A stretch of 64,000 nucleotides of DNA from the NCBI GenBank assembly GCA_002633005.1, contig NMRA01000020.1, positions 335,621 to 399,620 of the forward strand, in the 5' to 3' direction. Position numbers and translations under genes: made by a program. This document shows, in pieces, positions 36,278 through 49,055 of the stretch (position 1 is its first letter; every line of letters begins with the position of its first letter). Under the pieces are notes generated by a model. That model was given only the letters and a program-made list of their open reading frames with translations, was not told the origin of the DNA and did not search any database. The DNA comes from Phoronis australis (Eukaryota > Animalia > Phoronida).

Positions 36278-37912
36278 TTAGTTGTAGTGAATTACATGTG
36301 AAAAGAAGTCTTCTGTGTCTTTAGTTACTTTACCACACAGATTGCATTGAAGTGGATTGTTCAGATTATGAAGACCCATGTGGATACAGTAGAGGGTTTT
36401 CTTCACAAAGATAATGTTGCAATATTTGCACATGAGCAAACGTGATCTGTTTCTCTCCGCGAAGCTTAAAATGCTCTCTTCACCAGGTGGATGGTTTGAC
36501 ACTTCCTCATTAGTTGGAGGATTTTCATGTACACAACTGATTTTGGGTTGAATATTTCCAAATTCACTGTTAACTAGTTTTCTCTCAGCTGCAGTGCTCA
36601 GATCTAGAGGAGAAGTGCTTGTTTTGACAGCGTCAGGAAACCTGCGTTTTAATGACTTCACCTCTTCACCTCTCTTATCTTGTGGCGAGATAGACACAGC
36701 CTTTGTGGACAGATCTAGTTGTGCAGATTTCTCGTAAGCGTTCGACAACATTGAGCACTCCGGCTCCGACGCACTCCTTTGTGTCTTTGGATCATGATAC
36801 TCAGCACATTCTTTAAGATTGCTAAATGACAAAGACCTTTGCAGCTTTCTCTCAGGTAGCGGATTACGTAAACTGCAGTTGTAGGCATCGTCTTTTGTGA
36901 GACAACTTGTATTCCTCTGATTGGTTTCGGGTTCCAAGTCTGTACTTCCGGTGTTAGATTCATTACGAATGCTACCTCTAGGACGCCCCCTCTTTGGTCG
37001 ATTCAAAGAGTATTCCCTCCAGAACTGATTTCGTTTCAACACCTCCAAGAAAGTTTCCGTGCTTTCCTCATTTTTACTCGTCGTGGCTGATTCTTTATGT
37101 TCGTCTTTAACGTGTAACATCATATGCATGCCCAAATCGTCTGGTGTGTGAAACTGCTTGCTGCATGTCTTACAAGTATATGTTTCTCGGAACGTGCTGT
37201 ATATTTTACCGCTGTTGATGGCATGATTTGGCAACATGCTCGTAGAATGACTTACATGACCAGATGCTATCCCCGTTCGGATCAAATCAATTAAACTGGC
37301 TTTGCCATTGAGGCCAGACACGCTGTTTCGTTCATGCGCCAAAATGTGGATCGCGATTAATTCTCTGCTGGAAGTTTGAAACTTGCAAATTGGGCACGTG
37401 ATGTTTGATGATGGTCTCCTTCCGGAATGCAGCTGCGCAGTCAGCACCGTCTCTCCACTGTCTCTGTGCGCATGTCCTAACATGTGCATAGCCATGTGAT
37501 CCTGGTCTTCGCATACAAAATCGCACACAACACACATTAACATGTTGTTGAGTTTTCCCGCCTTCTGAGTGACCATATTTATGGTGTTTAACTCTTCGTC
37601 GTCCTGTGTGACGTCTTTGAGGCTGACGTCTCTGTTCTGCACGTGCCATAACGTATGACTGGCCAATATTTCCTTGCTGCTACACTCGTAATCGCAAGTT
37701 GGGCAGCGGAATCTTTCAGATGACGTTGACATATTCAGTGGAAATGCCGGCGAGATGTTCGTCTTTGGCGGTAAAACGTCCTCCATCACAACTAGCGTGA
37801 AAGAACCTAGGGGTTGTAAAATACTATGAGTGAAATGTCGTCTGGAAAATGACTCAGTGTCCCCCATGACCGGGTGTCCTCGTGTATATATTTGAGCGGA
37901 GTATCCGTGCAT
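36278..37912 (-). CDS. Intronless C2H2 zinc-finger transcription factor, Ikaros/Hunchback family-like
   Basis: 544-aa ORF with four dispersed C2H2 fingers, AT-hook RPKRGRPRG, QLDLS and PLDLS motifs, and the C-terminal pair CKYCNIIFVKKTLYCIHMGLH / CNLCGKVTKDTEDFFSHVIH. True start Met is uncertain. Confidence 0.88.
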   Translation of the reverse strand: MHGYSAQIYTRGHPVMGDTESFSRRHFTHSILQPLGSFTLVVMEDVLPPKTNISPAFPLNMSTSSERFRCPTCDYECSSKEILASHTLWHVQNRDVSLKDVTQDDEELNTINMVTQKAGKLNNMLMCVVCDFVCEDQDHMAMHMLGHAHRDSGETVLTAQLHSGRRPSSNITCPICKFQTSSRELIAIHILAHERNSVSGLNGKASLIDLIRTGIASGHVSHSTSMLPNHAINSGKIYSTFRETYTCKTCSKQFHTPDDLGMHMMLHVKDEHKESATTSKNEESTETFLEVLKRNQFWREYSLNRPKRGRPRGSIRNESNTGSTDLEPETNQRNTSCLTKDDAYNCSLRNPLPERKLQRSLSFSNLKECAEYHDPKTQRSASEPECSMLSNAYEKSAQLDLSTKAVSISPQDKRGEEVKSLKRRFPDAVKTSTSPLDLSTAAERKLVNSEFGNIQPKISCVHENPPTNEEVSNHPPGEESILSFAERNRSRLLMCKYCNIIFVKKTLYCIHMGLHNLNNPLQCNLCGKVTKDTEDFFSHVIHYN

Positions 37913-40900
37913 TGCAGTGAATTACTGGACCGTATGCTGACATCAAAGATGTATTTGCATGGACCTAATTATGCTTATGAACAAATTATGCTTATGAACA
38001 GCAGGAACCAAACGATAATGCTATTTGAACATCATCTGCGCTAAACAAAGTGCAGTTATATTCATTGATAACTTATAAATATAAAAACAAAAAATGCAAA
38101 TAGGTGACATTTGTACTAATGACGTAAATTGTTAGCTACCGATTTATACTTCAACACAAGATCTGAATCAGTGCTTTCTACTGTCTAAACAAAGTAACAT
38201 ATCACTTATAACTCAAAAGGATCATACTAAACCCTGTTTTGATGATTTCCACCAACTCTCGTTCTATCACCTGCTAATGTATCATTGGCGTCAATCTTCC
38301 AAGTCTGATGCAGGAATCAACTAAAATCTCATAACCTCTACGTCACAGTTTGTACATTATAGTCTTTGGTGGGTGGTGTTTTAGCCCCACAGTTGCCATG
38401 TAATTCGCTAGCAGCGCAGGTCACGCTTGCCCGTTTGGCAGACTTGGAAATGAGTTCAATTTTCTCCCCAACGTCTGGCGGTTTTGAAGAGTTCAGAGTA
38501 TTTTGTTGCAGAGAACTGAATGGCAAAGTCGGTTTTAGCATACGTTAATAGGCCAAAACCAGGTTTGGTATCCTTTTAAATGAATCGACTTTTTGGTCAA
38601 TTTTGTCAAGACTGAAAACACAAGATTGACATTCATTTCATGTTTGGGGACGGTTATCATTTCCTATAAAGATTTTAAAAGGTTTGAGAGAAATTTTGTG
38701 GTTGAGTTGCGTAATCAATGAGACGGGGATTAAATCATAAATGTTTAACTAACATTGCAATACCGTATATTGAAACAGTAATGGAGTTGCACATAAAAAT
38801 GCTGCCGTCATTTAGTTAAATCGTGTGCTAGTAATAGACCCGCCTTCTCGAAGTAGGTAGTTGTAAAAAAATCTTCGCGACAAATGTCGCGTAATGCAAC
38901 AGTTTTGTTGTCAGGGGTAATTTTTGTAATCGTTGAAAACAAATTTGGTTCCTGGTGCATCGAGTCACTTGATAGTCGTGAAAAGAGATTTTCTGAAATC
39001 AGCTTCTGCTCAGATTGGATCATGAAACATTTGCTTTACTGACGAGCTAAATGATACTCGGGAATGGCAGGATAATTCAAGGGACCATTATCGGGTTTTC
39101 GGCCAAAAAACGCATTTCAGTTATTATTGTTGGATGGAGTAGGCTTCACGTTACGAGCTTTCACCGCGAGCTACAAGACAGCAAAATCCTTTTTCTTGCC
39201 GAAAATGTCCTACGCGTATTTAACTGGCAGTCACCGACTTTGAAATCAGCAAATGTATGACAGACAATAGCGAGAATTGTTGATTTGTAAGAAAGTCGAA
39301 AAACACAACAAATTGTATTATTAGTCTTATACTGTGGTCAGAGCTAATAACTTCAAGAAATTTATCCCATCCATAAATGAACACAAAGCGTTTTTCGGCC
39401 GCAAAGCAAAAATGCCCCGTGACATGAAATGCACCACCGAAGAAGTACAGTTGCTTTACTCAAAATGTTCCGCTAAACGCTCGCAAGTGCCTGGCAACCC
39501 ACTGAAGTGACGGTCTTTCAAGGCGGCACGAAACACTTGCATTATGATACCATCTCAATCCTTCGATCTGAAGCAAAATTGTACTCTATCGAGTTTATAT
39601 TTATGAACAAGGTATTGAACATTCAAATGCTCATTCTGCTAATTGATGTTCACAGCGAGATTCGACTTCACATACTTGCACGCCACCGGAGTCCGAGGTC
39701 TAATCGTTATACTCGAAACGCGACTACATGCGAAAATAAACGCTTATGATCAATTTATAAATATTGTTCTGAAATCATGCGGCGTGAAAAGGTCTCCAGT
39801 TTGCGCCCGAATCCAGTCTGAGTTCGGAAATAGGCCCCTATCACAGATGTTTTTAATGGACCACACTTCCCTTTGCTCTTATCTGTTAAGAACCAGTCTC
39901 GTAAATTTAAACCAGGCATGTATCCCATTCTTTGCAAACAAATTTTCGAAAAATGGAATTGTCCGGTACTAGCCAGCTGTCGCTGCCATTTTGTAAGCGT
40001 ACAACAATAACATCACACTTAAATAAACTTCAAAATTCTGCAGTCAAGCTTCTAGTAAAAAATGAGCACCATTTAGAAATAGGTTCTGAATAGACTGGCT
40101 GACGTCACACTTCGTTTTGTAAAGACGATTAGTTTGTAATTAACATCAATCGGAAAGAAATCAAAATTATGGAATTGCTAAAATAACTTTAAACACCTGG
40201 CACGCCGTTCACTGGCTTATTTTGCCGCAATCATCATGTTTTCTGGTTATTCGAACGCGAGCTTCGATTTGAGAGGTACTCTTGCCTCATTTATTTATTC
40301 ATCTAATACGAAGATTATGAAAGCATCAATTTTTGATTAGATCAATTATTCATTGTGTATTGAGTTCCGGTTTTGGAAAGAAGATTTAAAGCAAAACCCT
40401 TGAGCATACAGAGTGTCATGAAACTATGTTTTCTTACTGGCAGCAAAATACGTGCGTTTGCATGTATGCACGGGTACGTGCACGCGCGCGTCCTTGTGAA
40501 TTTGGTTGATATTATCATTACTATGATGCTATTTTCAGATTAAATAAAGTGTTTGAGAAACAGTAACCTGTAAAGCTGTTCGTAGCGGACAGAATTTTGA
40601 TTTTAAAAGCGCTATGTTGGCGGTATCTCAAAACAGATTAGCAAGAAGCCATTGTTTACAGTTTCTCTTGTTCACAACCGGTGATGCAATGTGTTTATCA
40701 AGTGCCTTTTGCAAGTCTATGAGAAAAGGATTTTCCGTATAAGCGTGTATCACATCGACTCGTGATAGTTAAAATTTCTGATACTGTAATAGCAATTGCA
40801 AGAGTTAAGTTTATGAGAAATGGCTAACTTTAAATCTGAGAATTCGAAAATGGCACACGTACTCATTGCACATGACTTGAGTTACCGGCATGTTCGACAA

Positions 40901-42267
40901 CGAGGTTATGATGATGATTTTAAAGCCAAAGTCCTTCAACATTGATTACTAAACAGAGGCGACTGTCTCTTTAATAACTATGGTTATGGTTACAACTACT
41001 GACTTTCGCTTTGATGGTAATAAAATATTTATACCCGCGTTCTATACTGCTAAACTCTCACACTTTGGCGTTGTAAAACTGGTCATAGTTCGTTCCTTTC
41101 TCAATAAGAAATAATTTCCGGCTTGAAGAACCTTTTCGGATTTGTAACCGGTTAAAGACTAGACGTGCTTTAACTGTTCTTTTACCGTATTACGTTTTAA
41201 ATGAAAGTTATTAAAAAACACGGCGTCGCGCCATGATGCACTTACGTCAACGTCTACCGAAATTTCTGAAAATAGTCCCATTAGCGGATATTCGGAAAAA
41301 GACCTCTCAAAACCATTAAATGCAACCGAAAATGAAACGGTATCATTAAAATTATATTTCACACTGTGCTAATACGGTTAGTTATAAACAAAGTCATCCA
41401 ATATCTCGTGATATTCATTTGAGTGAAATTGCGATCCCAACATATTATGTCTTGCCAAAATAAACAATTTTTACAACAAAACATATTTCATACATATGTC
41501 AGTACAATCCATCCGATTTTTAAAACATGCACACAGTTATTGAAAATACGCCTATGGGTGTACTGTTGGAAAGTTCTCTGAAAGTACGCACATGGACGTA
41601 CTTTCGGTTGGGACTATTTCCGGAAACTGGAACTGCTGAACGTCCCGAAGAACGGCATAACCACACGTGTATTCTGACAACATTATGACCAGGTTATGAA
41701 AATTTTGAAATTCCATCGTAAATGGTAGATAACAGGCCTTGCCAACGAAAAAAATCATATACACTATACCTCTGATGTTAGTCGGACGTGCTTCGTTAGT
41801 GAGTCTTCAATCCGATTGTCACCGATAGCTACTGACTTACGTCTTAGACAAACCTGGTTTGACTGGGACGAATGCGGTTTTACACGCGATTAATAATTTA
41901 TTGCATTCATATTTAATGATGTTATATTATTCTTGTTCGGTTCCGCAGTATCGAGTAATGACGCTTCGTGCATTATTAATTACCCAGTAAAGCGCATTTG
42001 AGTCAGTGTTTGTTTATCGGGTAAACGCTGCGCTAGATAGACAAAACTTAAATTGCCCCTCGCATATTATTATATTGTGGCGTACTATGCATTTAAAATT
42101 AGAAATGTTTCAGAAAAGAGATGGACAACCTTGATGGTTAACAAAAAGCGACATAATATCCATCCTTTGAAATAGTCGATGTACACACACTAAACCTCTC
42201 GACGGACTTTTGTGCATTTTGTACATTTCTGGCCAACTTCAGAATATCGTGTCTCAGAATTCTTGAC

Positions 42268-42313
42268 ATAGGGATTCATAGGAATTCATAGGGATTCATA
42301 GGGATTCATAGGA
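42268..42313. repeat. 10-bp tandem repeat (catagggatt) x~4.5
   Basis: Units read directly. Confidence 0.85.
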
Positions 42314-42859
42314 AACATTGTGATACTACACTTTATGCACTGCTGTGCAAAATTCCTTAAGGAATTCTTTTTCAAATGTTTCACTCTTGCATCAGTGGCT
42401 ATCAAAAATAGGACTTTTGTGATTTTTATGAAAAATTTAAAGCTACATTAATCCAAAATGAAACGATATTTTAGAAACCTGAGCAGCTTTTCAAGATTTT
42501 GTCTTTAACATTTACGTCACATGAAATTTGGCCATGTCGTTGATCCTGTTACTTTGCTATGAATGTGCCTTTCTTTTTAGCTAAATTTTCCTACAAATGC
42601 ATGGCCACATGACCTAATATTGGCAAATTGATATATACTGAGTTGAATTACATGGTTTTGTTGATATTTTGATCAGTGTACAGACTTGCCGATAAGGTCC
42701 TACGTAACCGTAATTAACACTTCATCATCTTCAGTGGAGATCTGACAATCACAGGTCTTTAGGCCTAGACTTCGCACAGTTATGAAATTGGTCTCACGTT
42801 GCTCTTTAAACAAATTATAGGTGATTTGAGGACTTTGAAAGAACTAAAGGTTCGTTAAA

Positions 42860-43168
42860 TATTGGTTGAGACCGAGGCTGTATGAGTATCATTATTGGTT
42901 GAGACTGAGGCTGTATGATTTAGTTTATCATTATTGGTTGAGACCGAGGTTGTATCAGTTAGCTTATCATTATTGGTTGAGAGCAAGGCTGTACGAGTTA
43001 GTTTATCATTATTGTTTGAGACCGAAGCTGTATGAGTTAGTTTATCATTACTGGTTCAGACCGAGGCTGTATGAGTTAGCTTATCTTTATTGGTTGAGAC
43101 CGAGGCTGTATGACTGAGTTAGTTTATCACTATTGGTTGAGACCGAGGCTATATGAGTTAGTTTATCA
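42860..43168. repeat. 39-bp minisatellite x~8
   Basis: Unit tattggttgagaccgaggctgtatgagttagtttatcat. Confidence 0.92.
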
Positions 43169-43493
43169 CGGCGCGGTGTCTCATTTTGTGCACCGAGCAC
43201 ATTCGCAAGGAATTACGAGCATCGTTTTTTTACAAACCCAGAAATCGCGTCTTACATGGGTACGGAACAATTAGTAGAGACCAATTTCATGACAGTAAAC
43301 GTTCCAAATCAAATGTTTCGTTTGTAGAGCGTGCGTTTAAAACTGCGTTAGGTTCTACAATTAAAAATAACAGTTACACTTCATTCTCGTAAAAATGCCT
43401 CAATGATGTCACAGCGCCAGCACGTATTCGTTAAATCAACACTGATGTTAAAATATTTTACTCTGTTCATGGGTTACATCCGAGACGAGCACT

Positions 43494-43760
43494 GGGCCTG
43501 GCACAATCGCGACTGGGAACACGGGCCTGGCACAATCACGACTGGGAACACTGGCCTGGCACAATCACGACTGGGAATACTTGGCCTGGCACAGTCACGA
43601 CTGGGAACACTTGGCCTGGCACAATCACGACTGGGAATACTTGGCCTGGCACAGTTACGACTGGGAACACTTGGCCTGGCACAGTCACGATAGGGAATAC
43701 TTGGCCTGGCACAGTCACGACTGGGAACACTTGGCGTGGCAGAATCACGACTGGGAACAA
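43494..43760. repeat. 30-bp minisatellite x~9
   Basis: Unit ggcctggcacaatcacgactgggaatactt; source of several repetitive ORFs. Confidence 0.92.
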
Positions 43761-46700
43761 TTTGAACCCCCCCCCCCCTCCCCCCGGCCAACAGGCTATT
43801 CGATGCACTGAAAACAAAAAAGCATTTCTTAAAACCGCCTTGGTTTGACACTTGGGTAGCTGGTTAAAACTACAAAGTGCAAAATAGCTGCGTCGCATCA
43901 AAGAAATTTCTTTGAAATTACACAACCACACAAGTTTCGACTTCATCAATCCGCCTTAATGTGGTGATGCAGTAACATCATTTCTAAAAGCTATTGGTCT
44001 ATTTATACCAATCTCTATCCTATTTAGGTCTACATGCACATTGGCAAGGCGTTTCGGCCGGGTCATTTCTCCGTCTATCTTCGCAGTCCACCAGGAAAAA
44101 TGGAGTCCAAGTTCCCACTATGAGTGCACCTGATACCAATGTTCCTTCTTAGTATGTTGTAACACCTGAAGATGACCGACCGCAACTTTGTATCAATGTA
44201 AGTAGTGCAAAGATTTGAGAAATGTCTAAAAATTTCAGAGTATGTCGATACATACCAGGGAAACAAAGGTGTAAGAAAGTGGTACATGTCAGGTGAACAC
44301 CTTTCCTCCACTGATGAAGTTGAGGTAGTGCCTCCCTACTAAATAGGTCCCTATGGGAAGCGAGGTGATTGGGACACGTACCACCCCAATAGTTTGCAGA
44401 TGTTAAAGTGAAAACTTTGTGTACCCTCTGACACAGCGCCACCTTTACTGAAAAGTGCCCCTGTGGAAACATGATGAACGACACACGGGGCATCATCAAT
44501 ACGCTTGCCTTGGTCGGAAGTATGCCAATCACATTGCACGCTCGACTTTATGTACTGTACTAGCTTGGGCTTAAACCACTGGATTGGAGTTCTTTTGGTT
44601 TTGTTTATTTTGACCATTTCCCGTTTAATGAATTGCAACCTTTCAAATCAAAGGTGGTTGCCATACTCCGTAACAATAGACTGAAAGAGGTTTCCCAGAT
44701 TAAAACCAATGGGAATGACTGAACGTTATGACGTCGGTTTCATTTAAACCATGTTCAACACCATTCGATAGTGCTACCTTTCGTAGCACTGAGAAAGAGT
44801 GTAAACGTTTGTGACTAATGTAGATGAAGGATGGAACAGAGGATTAGCTGAGAAAGTAAAGACGCAATGAAACATGCAGAAGAGACAACAGATAAGCACA
44901 GAGATGCGGAGAAACCAGACTTACAACCAAAGATAGCTAAACAGTCCACAAGTAAATTTGCATAAGATGTTGCTGTTAGGTCCAAATGATGTGCCGGAGA
45001 CAAATTGCGCCAGTGTCGATCAATAAATATTATCCGGCGTTGATAATAGTTTTCACATATCTGACTTCCATAGACGTATAAACTGTAGATGTGCCAAAAC
45101 TACAAGAACATGATAACACCAACAGGTAATGGTGAAACAGTTACGTTCTTGTTAGAGGAAACATGAATGATAGAGCTTTCCGTAGATTTCGCAAAACAAA
45201 AATCACCATGCGTGAATTTTACCCAACCAAATGAAGAATTAATGGACGTAGTTAGGAATTGTTGTTTTTGATTTAAACTTTTTCTTTAAAATCTACGCTT
45301 GAGCCGGTGGATCCACTGAAAAAGTTGCCCAGCGTTCTGGCATGCAAATGCTTAAATATCTGTTTTACGGGGGAGGGGACTGACAACGGTTCTCTTGTTG
45401 CAGAAGGGTCACTGAACCAGCGGCCGCAGTTTCTCGTATCCATGCACAAGGAATAGAGCTCTGTTCCGCGTAAGCGAAAGCAATATATCAAATAAAATAT
45501 CAACGCAACGCACAATACAGGCGATCTTTACTCGCAAATGTCTAGATTTGCGAACCGCAGCTCAGTCCGAATAAATTTGCTTTAACGAAAAGATGCCATT
45601 TGCACATCAACTAAGTGCCAGCGTTGGATTGTTTATACACCAGGCGTTTCTGATAGTAAGACTTAGGGCTTATATTCGGAAGACGACACGTTTTTTTGCA
45701 TTTCTGGTACTCCGAAATAAGTCCGGTGGTACTTTCGGAAACGCCGGGGGTCTGTACACGGAAATGAGTCATAGATCGGGATGGGTATTTGCCTGGTTCC
45801 AACAATATTACTAAAACGAAATTGTATAATAATTAAAAACGGGATTCTAAAATTACTAACTGGCCTAATGACCGACAGTCAAGTTCGGTAAATAAAGCCT
45901 ACTGGGAATTTCTCTATAAGTACCTGTCACCACAAAGAGCCCTAGGCTCTTTCGGAAGTGAAGGAAGAAGTTAATACGTTCCAACATGCATGGGGAGTTT
46001 TCGGGAACAAAAGACCACTCGTGATGTTCAGAATGCATTCTTGCAATGACCAATGGGGAAAAGAGGAAATTTTTCCAGGTAATGTATCCTTCCACAAATA
46101 AATAGGCTTGTGTGATAGAAATCATTTTTGTGTAATAAAATTTAACTGAAATAAGCGTTTTTGTATGAATGAAGCCTACAAAATGATAAAAGCAGACGAA
46201 AAAAGTGGAAACTGGAAATCAAATAAGATGAAATCAAAACCAAAGAAGAGGAAATCTTCTTTAAAGAGGACAAGTCTAAGGCCCGATTCTCCTATCGTAA
46301 AGTGTTTATCGTTACCATTTTTCTCCGTGGTCCTTAAAGGACCGTTTTATGAATAAGTCCGACATTCTAGGTTGACAAATAACGATTATATTTTTAAAAG
46401 TAGCCCTCAAAGATCCAACAAAATTAAGTCGTGCCGGCATCTTTAGTTCATTGCCGGTGTTTCTAGGTTTTTCAGTCACTACGCAGGATGGCAGCACTGC
46501 CTCGTTCCAAAAATTGCTAAAAGAACCTACTTACTATGGCGTTTGACCATATCGTAGTTTCTTATTAACGATAAGAAATGTTATTTGGTTTACTTTCATA
46601 ATGATAAGTTTGTCCAATGTACGGTTGTCATAAAATGAACAAACTGCTTATAAACTGGCATGTATTCATCACGGTGTCATCGTTAAGTCATTTCAAACAT

Positions 46701-48074
46701 ATCAGGTTGCGTCAGCAGGACAGCCAAACCATGGCGTTTCTGCGGGAACAAAGGGCGACTTGAAAAATCTTTGTTTCCAAAGAGACGACCAAGACGCTTT
46801 ACCAGAAGGTCTGTTTGCAGTACACTTCAGATAGTGAAGCAAATACGACAAAGGCGTTCTCTCATTCAGAATTGTAAGTACTGGTAATTAGCCAGAGGAT
46901 TTGAAAACTAGGAATAATCACGAATATGTGTTATCTTTTATCGTTTAATTAGCAGCTAGGAAGTGAATCTGCAACTAGGGTGTCAAAGTAACATCTCTGT
47001 ATTCATACACAGCCTACAGTCACAATACTTAACATTCACAGCATGGAGTAAACAATGAAATTAATACGTTGCAATGCTATGTTTAACTTACAGAATCGAG
47101 TTGAGTTTACCCAAACTGTACAGATGTCGCGACATCTAGCGTTTAGACAGAGAACTTGTCTGTTTTCCCTATATTTTGGTGGCAGCGGTGTTAAGAAACT
47201 TTTTTCTGAGTAAAATAATCTTTAGATAAGTTTAATTAGCTTCGACAAAACGTCATTCTCACGTGATTGAATTCTTTCACACGACTAAAGAGGCGTTGTT
47301 TACAAAGACTCTTCCAGAATCTACGTTTCGCCCAGTTCTGCTGACTAAAACGAAAGTCTACTTAGGCCTTTTACTCTAGTCAAATTGATGTCATAATATT
47401 TCCTACCATGATAGAGCTCTATTTCCGTTACCAACAACATCTTAGAAATCATCAGCAACTTAATTTTGCTTTGAAAAAATGATTGACGAAAGATAATTAT
47501 TTGGTAACAAGGTCTTGCGTTAGAATTAGTTTCATGAGGCTTAAAATAAAAATGAAGCAGATATGGTATCACTAACAGGCAACTATACCGGCCCTGACGC
47601 CAGCTCATTAAGTTTTATCTTACTGTCAATAATCTATCTTTTATTTTGGCATAAATACAATAAAAACAAAACGAAGGCAATTAATACGCACTAAAATCGA
47701 TTTAACTGAGGCGATGTTAAAGACATTCTCTCTGTGTTTCGCGTTGTTGTTTATTTGGTGCAACTACTACAGTCGATTGTTTGAAACTTTCACCGGCACA
47801 GCTCTAACAACGGATGCGTACGTCCACGTTACAAGAATTCAAGTTCCTTTTCGCCAACTTCATATCCGTATACATGGGTATGAAGATGTACGTCACGTGC
47901 GCTTCAGCGGCCTGTAAGGTTGCCAACGTAACAACATGCAGTTACCGCGACTCAGTGTTTGAAGTTAATAACCGATCTTAACATCGTTTAAAACGAAGTG
48001 GTCATCTAGAATTAAGTCAGAGTAGCAATACTGGAGTTGGTCAAAACTTCTCACTTGGGTTGAACATTAGAAAA

Positions 48075-49055
48075 ATGTTAAACAGCTCCATTGGTGACGA
48101 AAATAGTACCCACGGCGTATTAATCGAGTTCGTAGAAATACCAACTTCTGTTCTTATCTTCAACATGTGTTTGGAGATTCTTATGTTCTTTCCAATGTTG
48201 TTCGGAAACGTGTTGGTACTAGTTGCGTATTGCGCATTCTACACAGTACGGGAGGAAAACAGCAACGTATTCCTTTTCAGTCTGGCGATCACGGACTTGG
48301 CCACAGCCGTTTCATTGCCGTTTAATATAATTAAAAAATACATCGCGCCTCTCACGGGATTTCAAGCGCCGTTTGGAAAGCATCCTCCTCTGTGTTACTT
48401 TGTTATGTTCTTGCAAACCTGGCCGTCCGGTGCTTCGATATTATCGCTCCTTATGGTGGCCGTTGACAGAGCAGTCGCCATCATGCAGCCGTTACGATAC
48501 TACAACATCATGACAAAGAGAGTGTGCTTGTGGGCGACTGTATTTGCCCACGCGTTTCCCATTGCTTTGTACATATTTGGTACTATCCACGCGGCTCTCA
48601 CCCATTCTTACGGCTCAGAAAAGTGTTTGATCGAGGTAGTGTACGATCAAACTGTCTCCACTGTTTTCTTGTCCGTCTCCTTGATTGTGCCAGTCGTGGT
48701 CACATACAGTCTACATCTCTACGTCGTAATCATAGCTGTAAAACAGCGGCGACAAGTTCGCAACGGGGATATGCAAGCCAGCGAACATCGAAGACATCAG
48801 CATAAAATTCTCCGGACCATGTCTCGCATTCTTGGATTATACGGCATCTGTTTTGTGCCAGTCGCTATCATGAAATCTGGGATACAGGCGAAACCTACCT
48901 CTCCGTGGTGGCATCAAGCCTTGAATTACCTTTTTCTGGACATATTGTATCTGAACAGCGCTTTAAACCCTTTGGTTTACTCTCGATCTGTGCAAAGTTT
49001 TAACACCTCTTTTAAGAAACTCCTGGCTCGCGGTAGAGTGGGTAATTTAACCTAG
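48075..49055 (+). CDS. Intronless orphan rhodopsin-like (class A) GPCR
   Basis: Seven hydrophobic segments; N-terminal sequons NSS and NST; TM1 GN, TM2 LAITD, TM3 VDRAVAIMQPLRY, TM6 CFVP, TM7 NSALNPLVY. First ATG at 48075. Confidence 0.92.
   Translation: MLNSSIGDENSTHGVLIEFVEIPTSVLIFNMCLEILMFFPMLFGNVLVLVAYCAFYTVREENSNVFLFSLAITDLATAVSLPFNIIKKYIAPLTGFQAPFGKHPPLCYFVMFLQTWPSGASILSLLMVAVDRAVAIMQPLRYYNIMTKRVCLWATVFAHAFPIALYIFGTIHAALTHSYGSEKCLIEVVYDQTVSTVFLSVSLIVPVVVTYSLHLYVVIIAVKQRRQVRNGDMQASEHRRHQHKILRTMSRILGLYGICFVPVAIMKSGIQAKPTSPWWHQALNYLFLDILYLNSALNPLVYSRSVQSFNTSFKKLLARGRVGNLT

Noticed and set aside
36278-37912. Naming the zinc-finger gene hunchback or IKZF5
   Set aside because: The diagnostic tandem DNA-binding fingers are absent, so orthology cannot be assigned without a phylogeny.
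38214-38578. Imperfect inverted repeats upstream of the zinc-finger gene
   Set aside because: Match is short and degenerate with no clear TSD; an old MITE is possible but unsupported.
42860-43949. Tyr/Trp/His-rich repeat ORFs resembling shell-matrix or adhesive proteins
   Set aside because: They derive from 39-bp and 30-bp minisatellites, the latter open in several frames on both strands; no signal peptide or splice structure.
44075-44638. Overlapping minus-strand ORFs, possible retroelement or GPCR pseudogene
   Set aside because: No RT, integrase or 7TM motif recognisable in the frames examined.
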